IMG/VR virus record: IMGVR_UViG_3300030376_007346
Origin: an uncultured virus (IMG/VR IMGVR_UViG_3300030376_007346)
Taxonomy: Duplodnaviria; Heunggongvirae; Uroviricota; Caudoviricetes
DNA: 64,000 bases
Reading direction: 5' to 3' (one strand)
This document shows, one piece after another, positions 9,021-18,105 of the stretch. A program made the translations under genes and the position numbers. Position 1 is the stretch's first letter. The number at the start of each line of letters is the position of its first letter. The notes under the pieces were generated by a model, which made no database searches, was not told the DNA's origin, and saw nothing but the letters and a program-made list of their open reading frames with translations.

Positions 9021-10646
9021 ATGGAAAAGAATATTATATCAGAAATTAATAGAGTTAAAGAAATTATGGGCCTAGAAGTTTTATTGGAACAATCTAGAAA
9101 TGTAGTAAGAACTTTACCGGACGTGGATGTATTAGTTGGTAATAGTATGACGCCTATTACATTCCCAGATAATATAGTACTACCTATAGCAAAAGGTAAT
9201 GAAGGTGTCACTGACGCTTCAAAAATTACATTTCAAAATCTGTTACCTGATTTAAAAGACTTTATTATAAAATTAAAAAAGAATTTAGCTGTAGATTACA
9301 CACCAGAAAGTATATCTATTGATTCAGGAGCCTCACCAACCCCAGCTAACAGAGCAGTCCCCAAAGGATATTCCCAAGCACAAGTAGATTTTTCATATGG
9401 GAATGAAGAACCAGACAATAAAATATTAGCTAGAAAACGAGGGGAAGTAATTTTAGAATTACTAAATAAATTTATCCCTAGAAAATGGAGTGGAAAGTAT
9501 AGTAATCTTGACCAAGATAAAGTTAATAAAAACTGGGAAGAATTATCGGCACTAGTAAAAGCCAATCCACAAACAAACTCTACAAAATTTGTGGCGATAA
9601 ATGTAGTGGGGACCAAAAAAGTAAAAGGTCGTGCAATTTATGGTTGTGGAAAAAAATTAAATGTGTCTGGTGAACAAGGTGATAAAAATAATAATTGGAT
9701 TGCAACTTTAAAACCACAAGAGAAATCAGAAGTAAAATTAGATAAAGAAGGAAATTTAAATCTAGGAAAATATACTGAAGGTAAAATAACTTTGCAGTTT
9801 GACCCAAAAGTGGTTCCTGACGCTTTTAAAGTTACTTATGATGGTAAGGTAAGTTATGTTCCTTTTACAAGTAACAATCCAGAAATAATGGACGAACCAT
9901 TTGTAGTAGCTCCAACTGGAGAAACAGATAAAGAAGGTAATGAAACTAAAGTGAGGATTGACTTAAGCTCACTTAGAAAAGAAGTAGAAAATCATGCAGT
10001 TGCTCAACAAGAAATTGAAGAAATCGAAAAAAGATTAATAAGTACCGTATCTCAAGAGGTTAAAGATGAATTACAAAAGCTTAGAAGTCAGTATGGTAAA
10101 AAGATTAATAAACCTTGGAATGTTTTTCAGTTTTGTAGGTTGAAGGATATTGAGGGGGAAGTATATGGGATGACTAATAGAGAATGGTTTAAAAAGTATT
10201 TTGGATGGGGTGATGCAATAACTAACTATGCATATAAAAAAGCTAATGAATTAGGTTTTGATATAGAATGTGGTGAGTATAATCAATGGAAAGACGTGAG
10301 GGGTGAAGTTATGGGAAAAATATCCAGTAATAAATTCTTTAAAAAAGCCCAAAAAAGTAAATTAATTAGTTATAATAAAGAAAAAAACGTTTATGAGTTA
10401 GACGAGGAAAAAATTAAAGAATTAGGTGGTGGTTCATATAACCAACAACTCAATAGAGCAGCTCAGGATGCTAGCGACCCTGAAATTAAAAAATTACTTT
10501 TACAGGGGGTGGTTGGAAAACCTCAGAGTGTAACAATAAACAAAGTTTATGGTAAACCTAATGTAAAAATAGAAGCTATAGCACCACTAGGTGGTACTTA
10601 CTACACAATAGGTTTAAAATGTGAAAGTGAGGATAAAACAAGTTAA
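9021..10646 (+). CDS. Leader-bearing large protein with degenerate OmpA-C-like domain (copy B)
   Basis: IISEINRVKEIMGLEVLLEQ leader; ISIDSGAS...DNKILARKRGEVILELL; ATATTTATA at 9008-9016. Confidence 0.65.
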   Translation: MEKNIISEINRVKEIMGLEVLLEQSRNVVRTLPDVDVLVGNSMTPITFPDNIVLPIAKGNEGVTDASKITFQNLLPDLKDFIIKLKKNLAVDYTPESISIDSGASPTPANRAVPKGYSQAQVDFSYGNEEPDNKILARKRGEVILELLNKFIPRKWSGKYSNLDQDKVNKNWEELSALVKANPQTNSTKFVAINVVGTKKVKGRAIYGCGKKLNVSGEQGDKNNNWIATLKPQEKSEVKLDKEGNLNLGKYTEGKITLQFDPKVVPDAFKVTYDGKVSYVPFTSNNPEIMDEPFVVAPTGETDKEGNETKVRIDLSSLRKEVENHAVAQQEIEEIEKRLISTVSQEVKDELQKLRSQYGKKINKPWNVFQFCRLKDIEGEVYGMTNREWFKKYFGWGDAITNYAYKKANELGFDIECGEYNQWKDVRGEVMGKISSNKFFKKAQKSKLISYNKEKNVYELDEEKIKELGGGSYNQQLNRAAQDASDPEIKKLLLQGVVGKPQSVTINKVYGKPNVKIEAIAPLGGTYYTIGLKCESEDKTS

Positions 10647-11245
10647 TATCTAACATTTAAAGTAGAAACACCAGAACCCAAATATAATTTATTATTATCC
10701 CAGGAACAGTAAAAAGTACCTAGTTTTGTAGAAACAGAAATAGACTTAGCTTTGATATCTAACAATATACGGTTATGGGTTGGACTCTCAACCCACTGAC
10801 GCACAATTTTTCTAGCCTTATCATCTATATTAACACATGGACCAGTTAATAAAACACACTCACCCATATAGATTCCATTTTCTCTTACTCTATCTTCATA
10901 CGATTTTCCATTTTGTTCGTGTTCTACCACACCATTATCAAACTGGTATTTAGTATGAAACTCAGTAATTTTATAAAGTTCAGAGTCCCAAGGCAGTTTA
11001 CTTAAACCATTCTTAATTCTATGTTCGTTAACATACTTAACAACTAACAAGTCTAACTCTTTTAATTCAGATGAAGTCAAAAAATTATAATTAGCTATTT
11101 TAATACTATCTATAGCATGTTCTTTATTGTTACAATCATACTCAAAATAAGTTAACTCACCATTAACCATTAAACCAACCTCACACGTTTGTGAGTAAGT
11201 ACCTAACCCTAGTAAAAATAGTAATGTAGTTATTATTGTTTTCAT
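10643..11245 (-). CDS. Secreted CAP/SCP-domain protein (copy B)
   Basis: Signal peptide; VNEHR..NGL..L.WD, VEHEQ, GEC, WVESPTHNRILL motifs. Confidence 0.85.
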   Translation of the reverse strand: MKTIITTLLFLLGLGTYSQTCEVGLMVNGELTYFEYDCNNKEHAIDSIKIANYNFLTSSELKELDLLVVKYVNEHRIKNGLSKLPWDSELYKITEFHTKYQFDNGVVEHEQNGKSYEDRVRENGIYMGECVLLTGPCVNIDDKARKIVRQWVESPTHNRILLDIKAKSISVSTKLGTFYCSWDNNKLYLGSGVSTLNVRY

Positions 11246-11269
11246 ACTACAAAGATAATAAATTTAAAT
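11239..11269. repeat. 31-bp direct repeat, copy 2, containing the TATCTTTG -7 box (11250-11257, minus)
   Basis: Identical to 8921-8951; GTTG lies 20 nt upstream of the box. Confidence 0.9.
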
Positions 11270-11335
11270 GACTTAAACAACTAAAAGTCTATTTATTATT
11301 AATTAAACTATTGTTAGTTTTAAAAAAAAATAATT

Positions 11336-11650
11336 ATGGATATTACAACCGCAAAACAATTTGATGAAATAATCAATAATATAGATAAAAAAGCAGTGCT
11401 AGTAGATTTCTGGGCTGAATGGTGTGGACCCTGTAGGATGTTAACACCAACAATAACACAACTATCTAAAGAATTTCCTGGTAACGTATACAAACTTAAT
11501 GTAGATATGGTTAGAGAGGTTGCTGGTAGATATGGTATAAGGGGTATTCCTAGTGTTAAAATATTTAAGGGCGGAGACGTTCAAGAAACTTTACAGGGAG
11601 TCCAACCACCTAATGTTTATAGTGATAAGTTAAAATACTATATGAGTTAA
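11336..11650 (+). CDS. trxA: Thioredoxin
   Basis: VDFWAEWCGPC active site, 104 aa. Confidence 0.95.
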   Translation: MDITTAKQFDEIINNIDKKAVLVDFWAEWCGPCRMLTPTITQLSKEFPGNVYKLNVDMVREVAGRYGIRGIPSVKIFKGGDVQETLQGVQPPNVYSDKLKYYMS

Positions 11651-12622
11651 TTAACTCATTTCTTCACCACCTTTATTTAAAGCAGCAATAGTATAGTGGT
11701 ATTCCATAGTTTTACAAACTAATTCATCTATTCTTTCGTCACTAGTAGTGGGTGTCCATTTAGGTCCATCAACACCAGTACGCCATACACCAGTAAATGG
11801 TTCAGGATTAACAGTGACTTCTTGATTACCCCCATTTATATTTATTATAGCCATTTCATTTGTAGGTTTATTTGACAATTCTTTAGTTTCTTGATTAAAA
11901 TAGTAACTATTTGGGTGATTTTCACTTAAAATACACTCTAAAATGTGATTTTTTACAGTTTTAGGTAAATTAACCATTAAACCATCTACACGGTTATCTT
12001 CACTATCCCACCAAGACAGTTCCCTAGTATTAAGTTCATAATACACACCAATCTTTTGGTGAGTTTTCTTATTTATGACGTATATAAGAATTCCTTTATT
12101 AGAATAACTGTAAAAAGTTTCTGGGTTATGTGAAGAGGTACACCATTTAGTAGATGCACCATATTTCCTACTTGAGATAATATTAAGGGGTTTTAAAATT
12201 AAATATTCATCATCAAATAAAATCTCCTGGTGTGGGCTAGTACTGTTATTCAATAGTTCTAACTCTCTCTTATATGTAACATCTACAATCTCACCTAGAC
12301 TAGAGTAGTCTTGTATATCATTCCTTTTTATTAATTTTTTATTTAACAAATTATTAAATTTATGTAGAGAATTTACAGCCTCTAAACCACCCACTAACTC
12401 CACCAAGTAGTTAAGCATTACTCTTGCGATTGCTGGTAAGTGGTCTGTATTAACTTCTAGATTATCTGTGTAATCACCATATTCATGAGGTGGAATAGAC
12501 TTTAGTTCATTTAGTAAGATAGGTATAAACTTACCTGTTTTAGATGGGTCTAATAATCTTAGTAAATCTAAAATAGATACATTATATTCTTTGTTTTGTT
12601 CCTTAATTTTTTTTAATCCCAT
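11651..12622 (-). CDS. Hypothetical phage protein
   Basis: 323 aa; SRKYGASTKWCTS motif, recalled as recurrent in large-phage hypothetical proteins. Confidence 0.7.
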   Translation of the reverse strand: MGLKKIKEQNKEYNVSILDLLRLLDPSKTGKFIPILLNELKSIPPHEYGDYTDNLEVNTDHLPAIARVMLNYLVELVGGLEAVNSLHKFNNLLNKKLIKRNDIQDYSSLGEIVDVTYKRELELLNNSTSPHQEILFDDEYLILKPLNIISSRKYGASTKWCTSSHNPETFYSYSNKGILIYVINKKTHQKIGVYYELNTRELSWWDSEDNRVDGLMVNLPKTVKNHILECILSENHPNSYYFNQETKELSNKPTNEMAIININGGNQEVTVNPEPFTGVWRTGVDGPKWTPTTSDERIDELVCKTMEYHYTIAALNKGGEEMS

Positions 12623-12870
12623 AGCTTTTTATTTAAAAATAGGACAAATTTAAGTTAAAATCAACACAGATTTGTCGTAGACACATAACCATATAGCTGG
12701 ATTTTTACCATATTTTGGCTCCAAAACACTATTTTTTTTAAAAATATTGACTTTTGGGTTTTTAGCGGTACATATTAACAAGACTTACTAAAATGGGTAT
12801 CCAAAATAACTAAGTCATCTCTTGAGTTACCGGAACTAAAGAGATATAAACTGAAAAAAAAATTAATAAT

Positions 12871-13098
12871 ATGGATTCAGTAATTAAGTACATCACAGGA
12901 TTTTTCGGTGGATTAGGGTCAATTTTAATGGCAGTAATTCCAGTATCTATTCTTTGGTTTGTATTAACAGGCGGTGCTATTTTTAACATGGATGTGGTAG
13001 GTAACCTTACTGCTCTTATCAACTCTCTAGGTAATGGAGGTTTTGTTGGTCTAGTAGTATTAGTGTTGTTAGCATCATTTTTCACTAGTAAAAAGTAA
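12871..13098 (+). CDS. Small hydrophobic membrane protein
   Basis: 75 aa, two Gly-rich hydrophobic segments; A-rich upstream region. Confidence 0.75.
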   Translation: MDSVIKYITGFFGGLGSILMAVIPVSILWFVLTGGAIFNMDVVGNLTALINSLGNGGFVGLVVLVLLASFFTSKK

Positions 13099-13181
13099 AT
13101 AAGTGAAGAGAAGAGATGAAGACTTTCCAACATCTCGTAAAAAATAACTAGAAAGTATAAAAGTTAAAAGAAAATTATAAA

Positions 13182-13607
13182 ATGAAAAAATTATTTTTAA
13201 CATCCGCTATAGCATTATCAACATTATTTGCTTCAGCTCAAAACTTTATGGTTGTATCGACTTATGACGGTGACCAAGAAGAAACTGTGGACATGTTAAC
13301 TCAAAACATTGGTTTTGGTTACGCTGTTAACGAAACATGGACTTTGGGTTTAATTCAAAATGGTGAAGACGCTGAAGGTGAAACTATTTATGACTTATGG
13401 GCAAGATACAATATGAAAAATGATTTGTATGTTTCCTTACAGGCACCACAAGAAGAAATGATGGACAACTTAACAGTTGGACTTGGTTATTCTTTCAATG
13501 TTTGGAAAGGTCTTAATATCGAACCAAGATATAGTATGGGATTAAAAGAAGACGAAGCTGGTGAGAGAGAGGGAACTTTCAATCTAGGTTTCTCATATAA
13601 GTTCTAA
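13182..13607 (+). CDS. Outer-membrane beta-barrel protein (small, about 8 strands)
   Basis: Sec signal ending ASA-Q; alternating aromatic strands; C-terminal FNLGFSYKF beta-signal. Confidence 0.85.
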   Translation: MKKLFLTSAIALSTLFASAQNFMVVSTYDGDQEETVDMLTQNIGFGYAVNETWTLGLIQNGEDAEGETIYDLWARYNMKNDLYVSLQAPQEEMMDNLTVGLGYSFNVWKGLNIEPRYSMGLKEDEAGEREGTFNLGFSYKF

Positions 13608-13628
13608 GTAATTAGAAAATATATCAAT

Positions 13629-13659
13629 AAAAAAAGCTCTGTTAATTCAGAGCTTTTTT
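13629..13659. terminator. Bidirectional intrinsic terminator
   Basis: aaaaaagctctg-ttaatt-cagagctttttt at the junction of convergent genes. Confidence 0.8.
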
Positions 13660-13848
13660 ATTGCTTACTTTTTTGTCGAATAATTTAACTACTTTGGTGT
13701 GAGCGTAATTCCATCTCTCTCTAACCTCTTTATATTTATGTTTATCCTGTGACCTCATCTTTTTTAATTGAGCATCAAATTCCTCATTAAGTCCTTTTTT
13801 GTTAATATCATCATGTATTTCGTACCACAAATCTTCGTAATGTCCCAT
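13642..13848 (-). CDS. Hypothetical protein
   Basis: 68-aa ORF with plausible start context. Confidence 0.65.
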   Translation of the reverse strand: MGHYEDLWYEIHDDINKKGLNEEFDAQLKKMRSQDKHKYKEVRERWNYAHTKVVKLFDKKVSNKKALN

Positions 13849-13864
13849 AGTTAGTTTTATTATA

Positions 13865-14026
13865 TTATAATTTATTGCCTCGTTTAACCCAGTAATAACT
13901 TTTACCCATACTCCAGTAAGCGTCCTCAGCCAACCCTTTCTGCTTTAATTTACCAATAGCAACATACTTACTTTGGTCACCCATAGAAACCCCAACCAGT
14001 TTATATATTTTTAATTTTTCTTTCAT
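13865..14026 (-). CDS. Small hypothetical protein (53 aa), not in ORF track
   Basis: MKEKLKNIKLVGVSMGDQSKYVAIGKLKQKGLAEDAYWSMGKSYYWVKRGNKL; TATATTTG box (14031-14038) 4 nt before ATG. Confidence 0.65.
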   Translation of the reverse strand: MKEKLKIYKLVGVSMGDQSKYVAIGKLKQKGLAEDAYWSMGKSYYWVKRGNKL

Positions 14027-14097
14027 ATGGCAAATATACAAAAATAAATAGATTGACCGAATAAATAGTAACGTATATTTATATAAAAAAAGTAAAT

Positions 14098-14487
14098 ATG
14101 GCTAAAAAAATTAAATTAACAGAAAAAACCCTAACTAGAATGATAAAAAATATTCTAGAACAAGAGTTGGATGATGAAACAATCATAGATATTGAAAATG
14201 AAGAACTACCACAAGAAGTAGATTTAACAGATATCGAAAGTGAGTTAGAACAAATACTCTCACCTGAAGAAATTTTAGGTTTAATGGAAGAACAAATCAG
14301 ACAACTACAAGATAGGGTACAATATGTGGAAGAACTGAATGCTGATGTTCTAGAATTTACTTCGTTTTTAATGTCAGACTTAGAAAGGTCACCTGAATTA
14401 GATTTAAAAAAATCAAAACAAAAATTAAGAGCTTTAGAAACTAGAGCGGGAAGAGAAATTTTTTGGTTAAAATCTAGAAGACTTTAA
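14098..14487 (+). CDS. Acidic coiled-coil protein with putative capsid-targeting leader
   Basis: MAKKIKLTEKTLTRMIKNILEQ; ATATTTATA at 14075. Confidence 0.75.
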   Translation: MAKKIKLTEKTLTRMIKNILEQELDDETIIDIENEELPQEVDLTDIESELEQILSPEEILGLMEEQIRQLQDRVQYVEELNADVLEFTSFLMSDLERSPELDLKKSKQKLRALETRAGREIFWLKSRRL

Positions 14488-14533
14488 GGTTTTTCACAGA
14501 TTACATAATATTTAATCAAAAAGATTTAGTATT

Positions 14534-14809
14534 ATGCATTTAGAATTACACAGTTATTTTATTAACGAAGAAAGAGAAACTATAGAAGTAGAATTTACTA
14601 TTATAGACGAAGAAACAGAGACAACTAAAAATTTAGAAATATTAGTGGAAGACTTAGAAGAAGTTTGTGACTTATTTGAAGAGTTAAGTTGGTATGATGA
14701 TGAGGGGGACGATTACGGTGCTCACGTCATAAATCGTACTATTAACACACCAGGATTAACCGAAGGATTACATATATACGTTAATCAAAATCTAGAATTA
14801 TTAAAATAA
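14534..14809 (+). CDS. Acidic hypothetical protein
   Basis: 91-aa ORF. Confidence 0.7.
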   Translation: MHLELHSYFINEERETIEVEFTIIDEETETTKNLEILVEDLEEVCDLFEELSWYDDEGDDYGAHVINRTINTPGLTEGLHIYVNQNLELLK

Positions 14810-14813
14810 TATT

Positions 14814-14841
14814 AAAGGTGGGCAATTAGTCTACCTTTCTT
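14814..14841 (+). terminator. Probable intrinsic terminator
   Basis: aaaggtgggc-aatta-gtctaccttt with G-U pairs, then ctt. Confidence 0.55.
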
Positions 14842-14868
14842 ATATTTATATTATATAATAATGTAAGT

Positions 14869-15606
14869 ATGGCTCAAACACTAAAAGAAGAACTTAATAG
14901 GGTTAAAGAAATTATGTTCCCCAACGCTCGTATAGAAGAGGGGAAGCATGAGAGTTCTTATATGGCAAAGTCTCAGTTATATAATATAGCCAATAAATCA
15001 CAAAGTATGTTTCATAGATTAGAGGATGGTGAAGAATTATCCGATTGGATGGAGTCTAAAATAGCACAAATGTCAGATAATTTAGATAGTGTTGTTAATG
15101 CTTTTGATTATGATGAACATGAAGAAAAGATGACCTGTAGTAAGTGTGGTAAATGTCATGAAGGGGATTGTGAAGTCATTAGTTTGGAGGAAGATATTAT
15201 GTATGGTATGCAAGGTGGTTATCCTGATACCTCCGACACACAACCAGGATATGACTTTGATAGTAAAGGTCCCTTAGGTTCAGAACCAGAACTAGAAGAT
15301 GAAGGTTTTACAGAGCCAGAAACAAACTACTCTAAAGTACAAAAAGGTTATAACTTTAATAGTGATGGTCCAGAAGATAGTTATATGGACGCATCTGATG
15401 AATATAATATGGAATTAGGTTATGAGTTGGGTGAACAGGATGATGGTACAGGCACTGGAGAATCAGATGATGGTGCAGGTGCAGGGACAGCATCGGTAGG
15501 TGTTTGGGACTCTGGAATTGCGAGAGGGATAGCAAATCAATTAGCAAACACTAAATGGTCGGACTCCTACCAACCCAGTAGAGGTAAAGCAAACCCTATG
15601 TGGTAA
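14869..15606 (+). CDS. Leader-bearing acidic protein with CxxCxxCH motif; probable internal head protein
   Basis: LKEELNRVKEIM leader; YMAKSQL...LSDWMESKI helical domain; CSKCGKCHEGDC; two C-terminal RG.AN repeats. Confidence 0.7.
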   Translation: MAQTLKEELNRVKEIMFPNARIEEGKHESSYMAKSQLYNIANKSQSMFHRLEDGEELSDWMESKIAQMSDNLDSVVNAFDYDEHEEKMTCSKCGKCHEGDCEVISLEEDIMYGMQGGYPDTSDTQPGYDFDSKGPLGSEPELEDEGFTEPETNYSKVQKGYNFNSDGPEDSYMDASDEYNMELGYELGEQDDGTGTGESDDGAGAGTASVGVWDSGIARGIANQLANTKWSDSYQPSRGKANPMW

Positions 15607-15617
15607 AAAATAGTAAT

Positions 15618-18101
15618 ATGAACAAAAAACTAATAGTAGAAATAAATAGATTAAACACAATTATGGGTACCCCATTATTGATGGAACAAGCTACCTTTAC
15701 AAAAGGATTAAGGGCCTTATTGGGGATTGCAGATGATGCAGCTAGAGTTACCTTAAAATGGGATGACCTAATCAATAAATTTCCAAACTCTACAATAGCA
15801 ACAGAGGGTTTTGTTAATAGAATCAGAAATATAATCCCTAAAAGTGTTAAAGGTATTGAAAAACAAAAAGCTTGGTTAGCTAAAACTATAGGTGATGTAG
15901 CACAAGGAAAATCCATAAATAAAACACAAGGTAAGGTTTTAGTTCAAATGGCTCTAGAGGATAAAGCTATTAGAAAAATGTATATGGAAGAATTAGTTGA
16001 GATATCTAATATGATGGGTAAATCACTAACTGAAATATTTGAAAATCCATCACTTACAGACGATTTTCAAAAATTCATATCAACTACCAACAAATTAAGT
16101 GCTCCAGACAACTTTCGTGAACTTATTTCAAAAATGATACCAGAATTAGGAGACGTTGGTCTAAAAAAACCAAAAAATATTTTAAATCTTGGTTTTAAAA
16201 AGGGTTGGTGGCCTAGATTTACTGGTGCTGCTAAGACAGTTGAAGATGCTAGAAATATTGTATTAAGAAACATATTAAAAAAACAAGTTGGGCAAAATGG
16301 AACCTATTGGGAAGTGTATGACGCTTTATTTAGAATAGTAGATGTTGATAGTGCCAACAAAATAGTAAAAAAGGGAGGTACCTATAACAACTTTAATGAG
16401 TTTGCTAGTTCTATACTTCAGTCATTAGAAAAAAATATACCGTTAGGGGAAACTCAGTTAAAAACATTACAACAAGTAATGTTAGATAGTCCTAAATTAA
16501 GGGACGAAATTTATGAAGGTTTATCACAATCAGAAGTTTTCAAAAACTTTATGAGAAACAATCAAAAAAGATGGAATAAAATGCAACCAGATGCTATACA
16601 AGCAGAAAAAATGGATTTCTATAATAGACTTATTATGGCCGATAACGATAAATTCAAATTAGAACTATTCCAAGATTTTGCATCAAGAAGTTACAATCCT
16701 ATAAAAATAGCCAAAAGAGCTTTTGTGGACCCCGCTACAATAAGAAGGTCAGTTCAGAGGTTTTTAGATTTATTTTTTAACTTTGGAATGTACCCTAAGT
16801 TCCAAGGGTACTATTGGACTGCATTTGGAGTAACAGCGCTTGTTAACTTTCTATCAAAAAAAGTACCAGATATCTTTAGTATGTTCGAAGGAGACAAAGG
16901 TTCAACAGCAGGATTAAAACCAGATTTTTATGAAGAATTAATCGGAGCAAAAACTTTTATATTAAAAGAAGGTGGTTTAGATGACACACAAGCAATGACG
17001 GTAGCTAAGATGTTGGATGGTGAATTAAATAGTCTTAAAAGTTCTATAGGTGTGGAAATTAGTAAAATTTATAAAAGATTTAGAGATGATTTAATTGATT
17101 TTGAAGCAGGTGAAGATGTGGATAAAATCACCAAAAGATTCCCAGACAACTATTTCACCGCTAACACAGCTGAAAATTTTGGTTACGAGTCTTATAATGA
17201 TTTACCTGCAGAATTTAAGGATATTAAAACTAAAAGACAACCTTTAAAATTATTTTACAACTATCTAGCAAGTAAAGAAGGTGAAGCGACCCTACTAGAC
17301 GGTGCGATAACTTATCTAACAGGAGTTAGTGACAATAAAGTACAAGAAATCTATAACGAACTAATCCCAACTATATTGGCCTCCTCTCAAGTAACTTACA
17401 TGTATGATAATAAAATTAAAAAGAAAGAAGGAGCTCTATCTACCGACCTAGAAAAATTAGACCCAATATTTCATGTAGTACCCATCCCATTGTTACACTT
17501 TATGGTGTCGGATGGTAAAAAAGACGTTTTGGAGATTTTAGATAAGAAAAGATGGATAAAATCGGTAGGTCCAGGAGAAAATAATCTAGCGGGAATAATA
17601 GAAAATTCTTGGAAAGAATGGCCTCAATTCCCAGACAGTTTATGTAGTAAAAAGGGTTGTGACCCCAAGAAAGGAGGAGAAGAACTTTATAGTATATATA
17701 CTGGTGCAATACCAGCAGACCATTTAGCAATATTAATAGATGGTGATGATGAGACAGGTGCAAAACCAGCACAACCAGAATACCAAGACGGACAAGACGT
17801 TCAAAAATGGTTAAATAATTTAACAATTGAAGAATTTAATAAAGCGTATCTTGAAGGTGTTTCGGGTAAACACTCACAACCTTATGGTTACACACCAGAA
17901 GAAGTTAAAACTATGGAAAGAAAAGTTTTAACTACCAAATCAAACTTTATAAAAGGAATGCAAGGACTATTTGCCGATATCGATTCAGCTTGGGAAAAAA
18001 TGATGGAAAATCCAGATGCCGCAAAAACTATACTAGGGCCTAAACTTTACGAAATATTCCAACTAACCCAAGAGGGTTACGAGGAGGGGTTAAATAATTA
18101 A
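15618..18101 (+). CDS. Large helical leader-bearing protein with a central hydrophobic segment; ejection-protein candidate
   Basis: Likely ATG at 15618; LIVEINRLNTIMGTPLLMEQ leader; YYWTAFGVTALVNFL. Confidence 0.65.
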   Translation: MNKKLIVEINRLNTIMGTPLLMEQATFTKGLRALLGIADDAARVTLKWDDLINKFPNSTIATEGFVNRIRNIIPKSVKGIEKQKAWLAKTIGDVAQGKSINKTQGKVLVQMALEDKAIRKMYMEELVEISNMMGKSLTEIFENPSLTDDFQKFISTTNKLSAPDNFRELISKMIPELGDVGLKKPKNILNLGFKKGWWPRFTGAAKTVEDARNIVLRNILKKQVGQNGTYWEVYDALFRIVDVDSANKIVKKGGTYNNFNEFASSILQSLEKNIPLGETQLKTLQQVMLDSPKLRDEIYEGLSQSEVFKNFMRNNQKRWNKMQPDAIQAEKMDFYNRLIMADNDKFKLELFQDFASRSYNPIKIAKRAFVDPATIRRSVQRFLDLFFNFGMYPKFQGYYWTAFGVTALVNFLSKKVPDIFSMFEGDKGSTAGLKPDFYEELIGAKTFILKEGGLDDTQAMTVAKMLDGELNSLKSSIGVEISKIYKRFRDDLIDFEAGEDVDKITKRFPDNYFTANTAENFGYESYNDLPAEFKDIKTKRQPLKLFYNYLASKEGEATLLDGAITYLTGVSDNKVQEIYNELIPTILASSQVTYMYDNKIKKKEGALSTDLEKLDPIFHVVPIPLLHFMVSDGKKDVLEILDKKRWIKSVGPGENNLAGIIENSWKEWPQFPDSLCSKKGCDPKKGGEELYSIYTGAIPADHLAILIDGDDETGAKPAQPEYQDGQDVQKWLNNLTIEEFNKAYLEGVSGKHSQPYGYTPEEVKTMERKVLTTKSNFIKGMQGLFADIDSAWEKMMENPDAAKTILGPKLYEIFQLTQEGYEEGLNN

Positions 18102-18105
18102 TAAT

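Noticed and set aside
12810..13133. 107-aa minus-strand ORF
   Set aside because: Antisense to the membrane protein 12871-13098, which has the better start context
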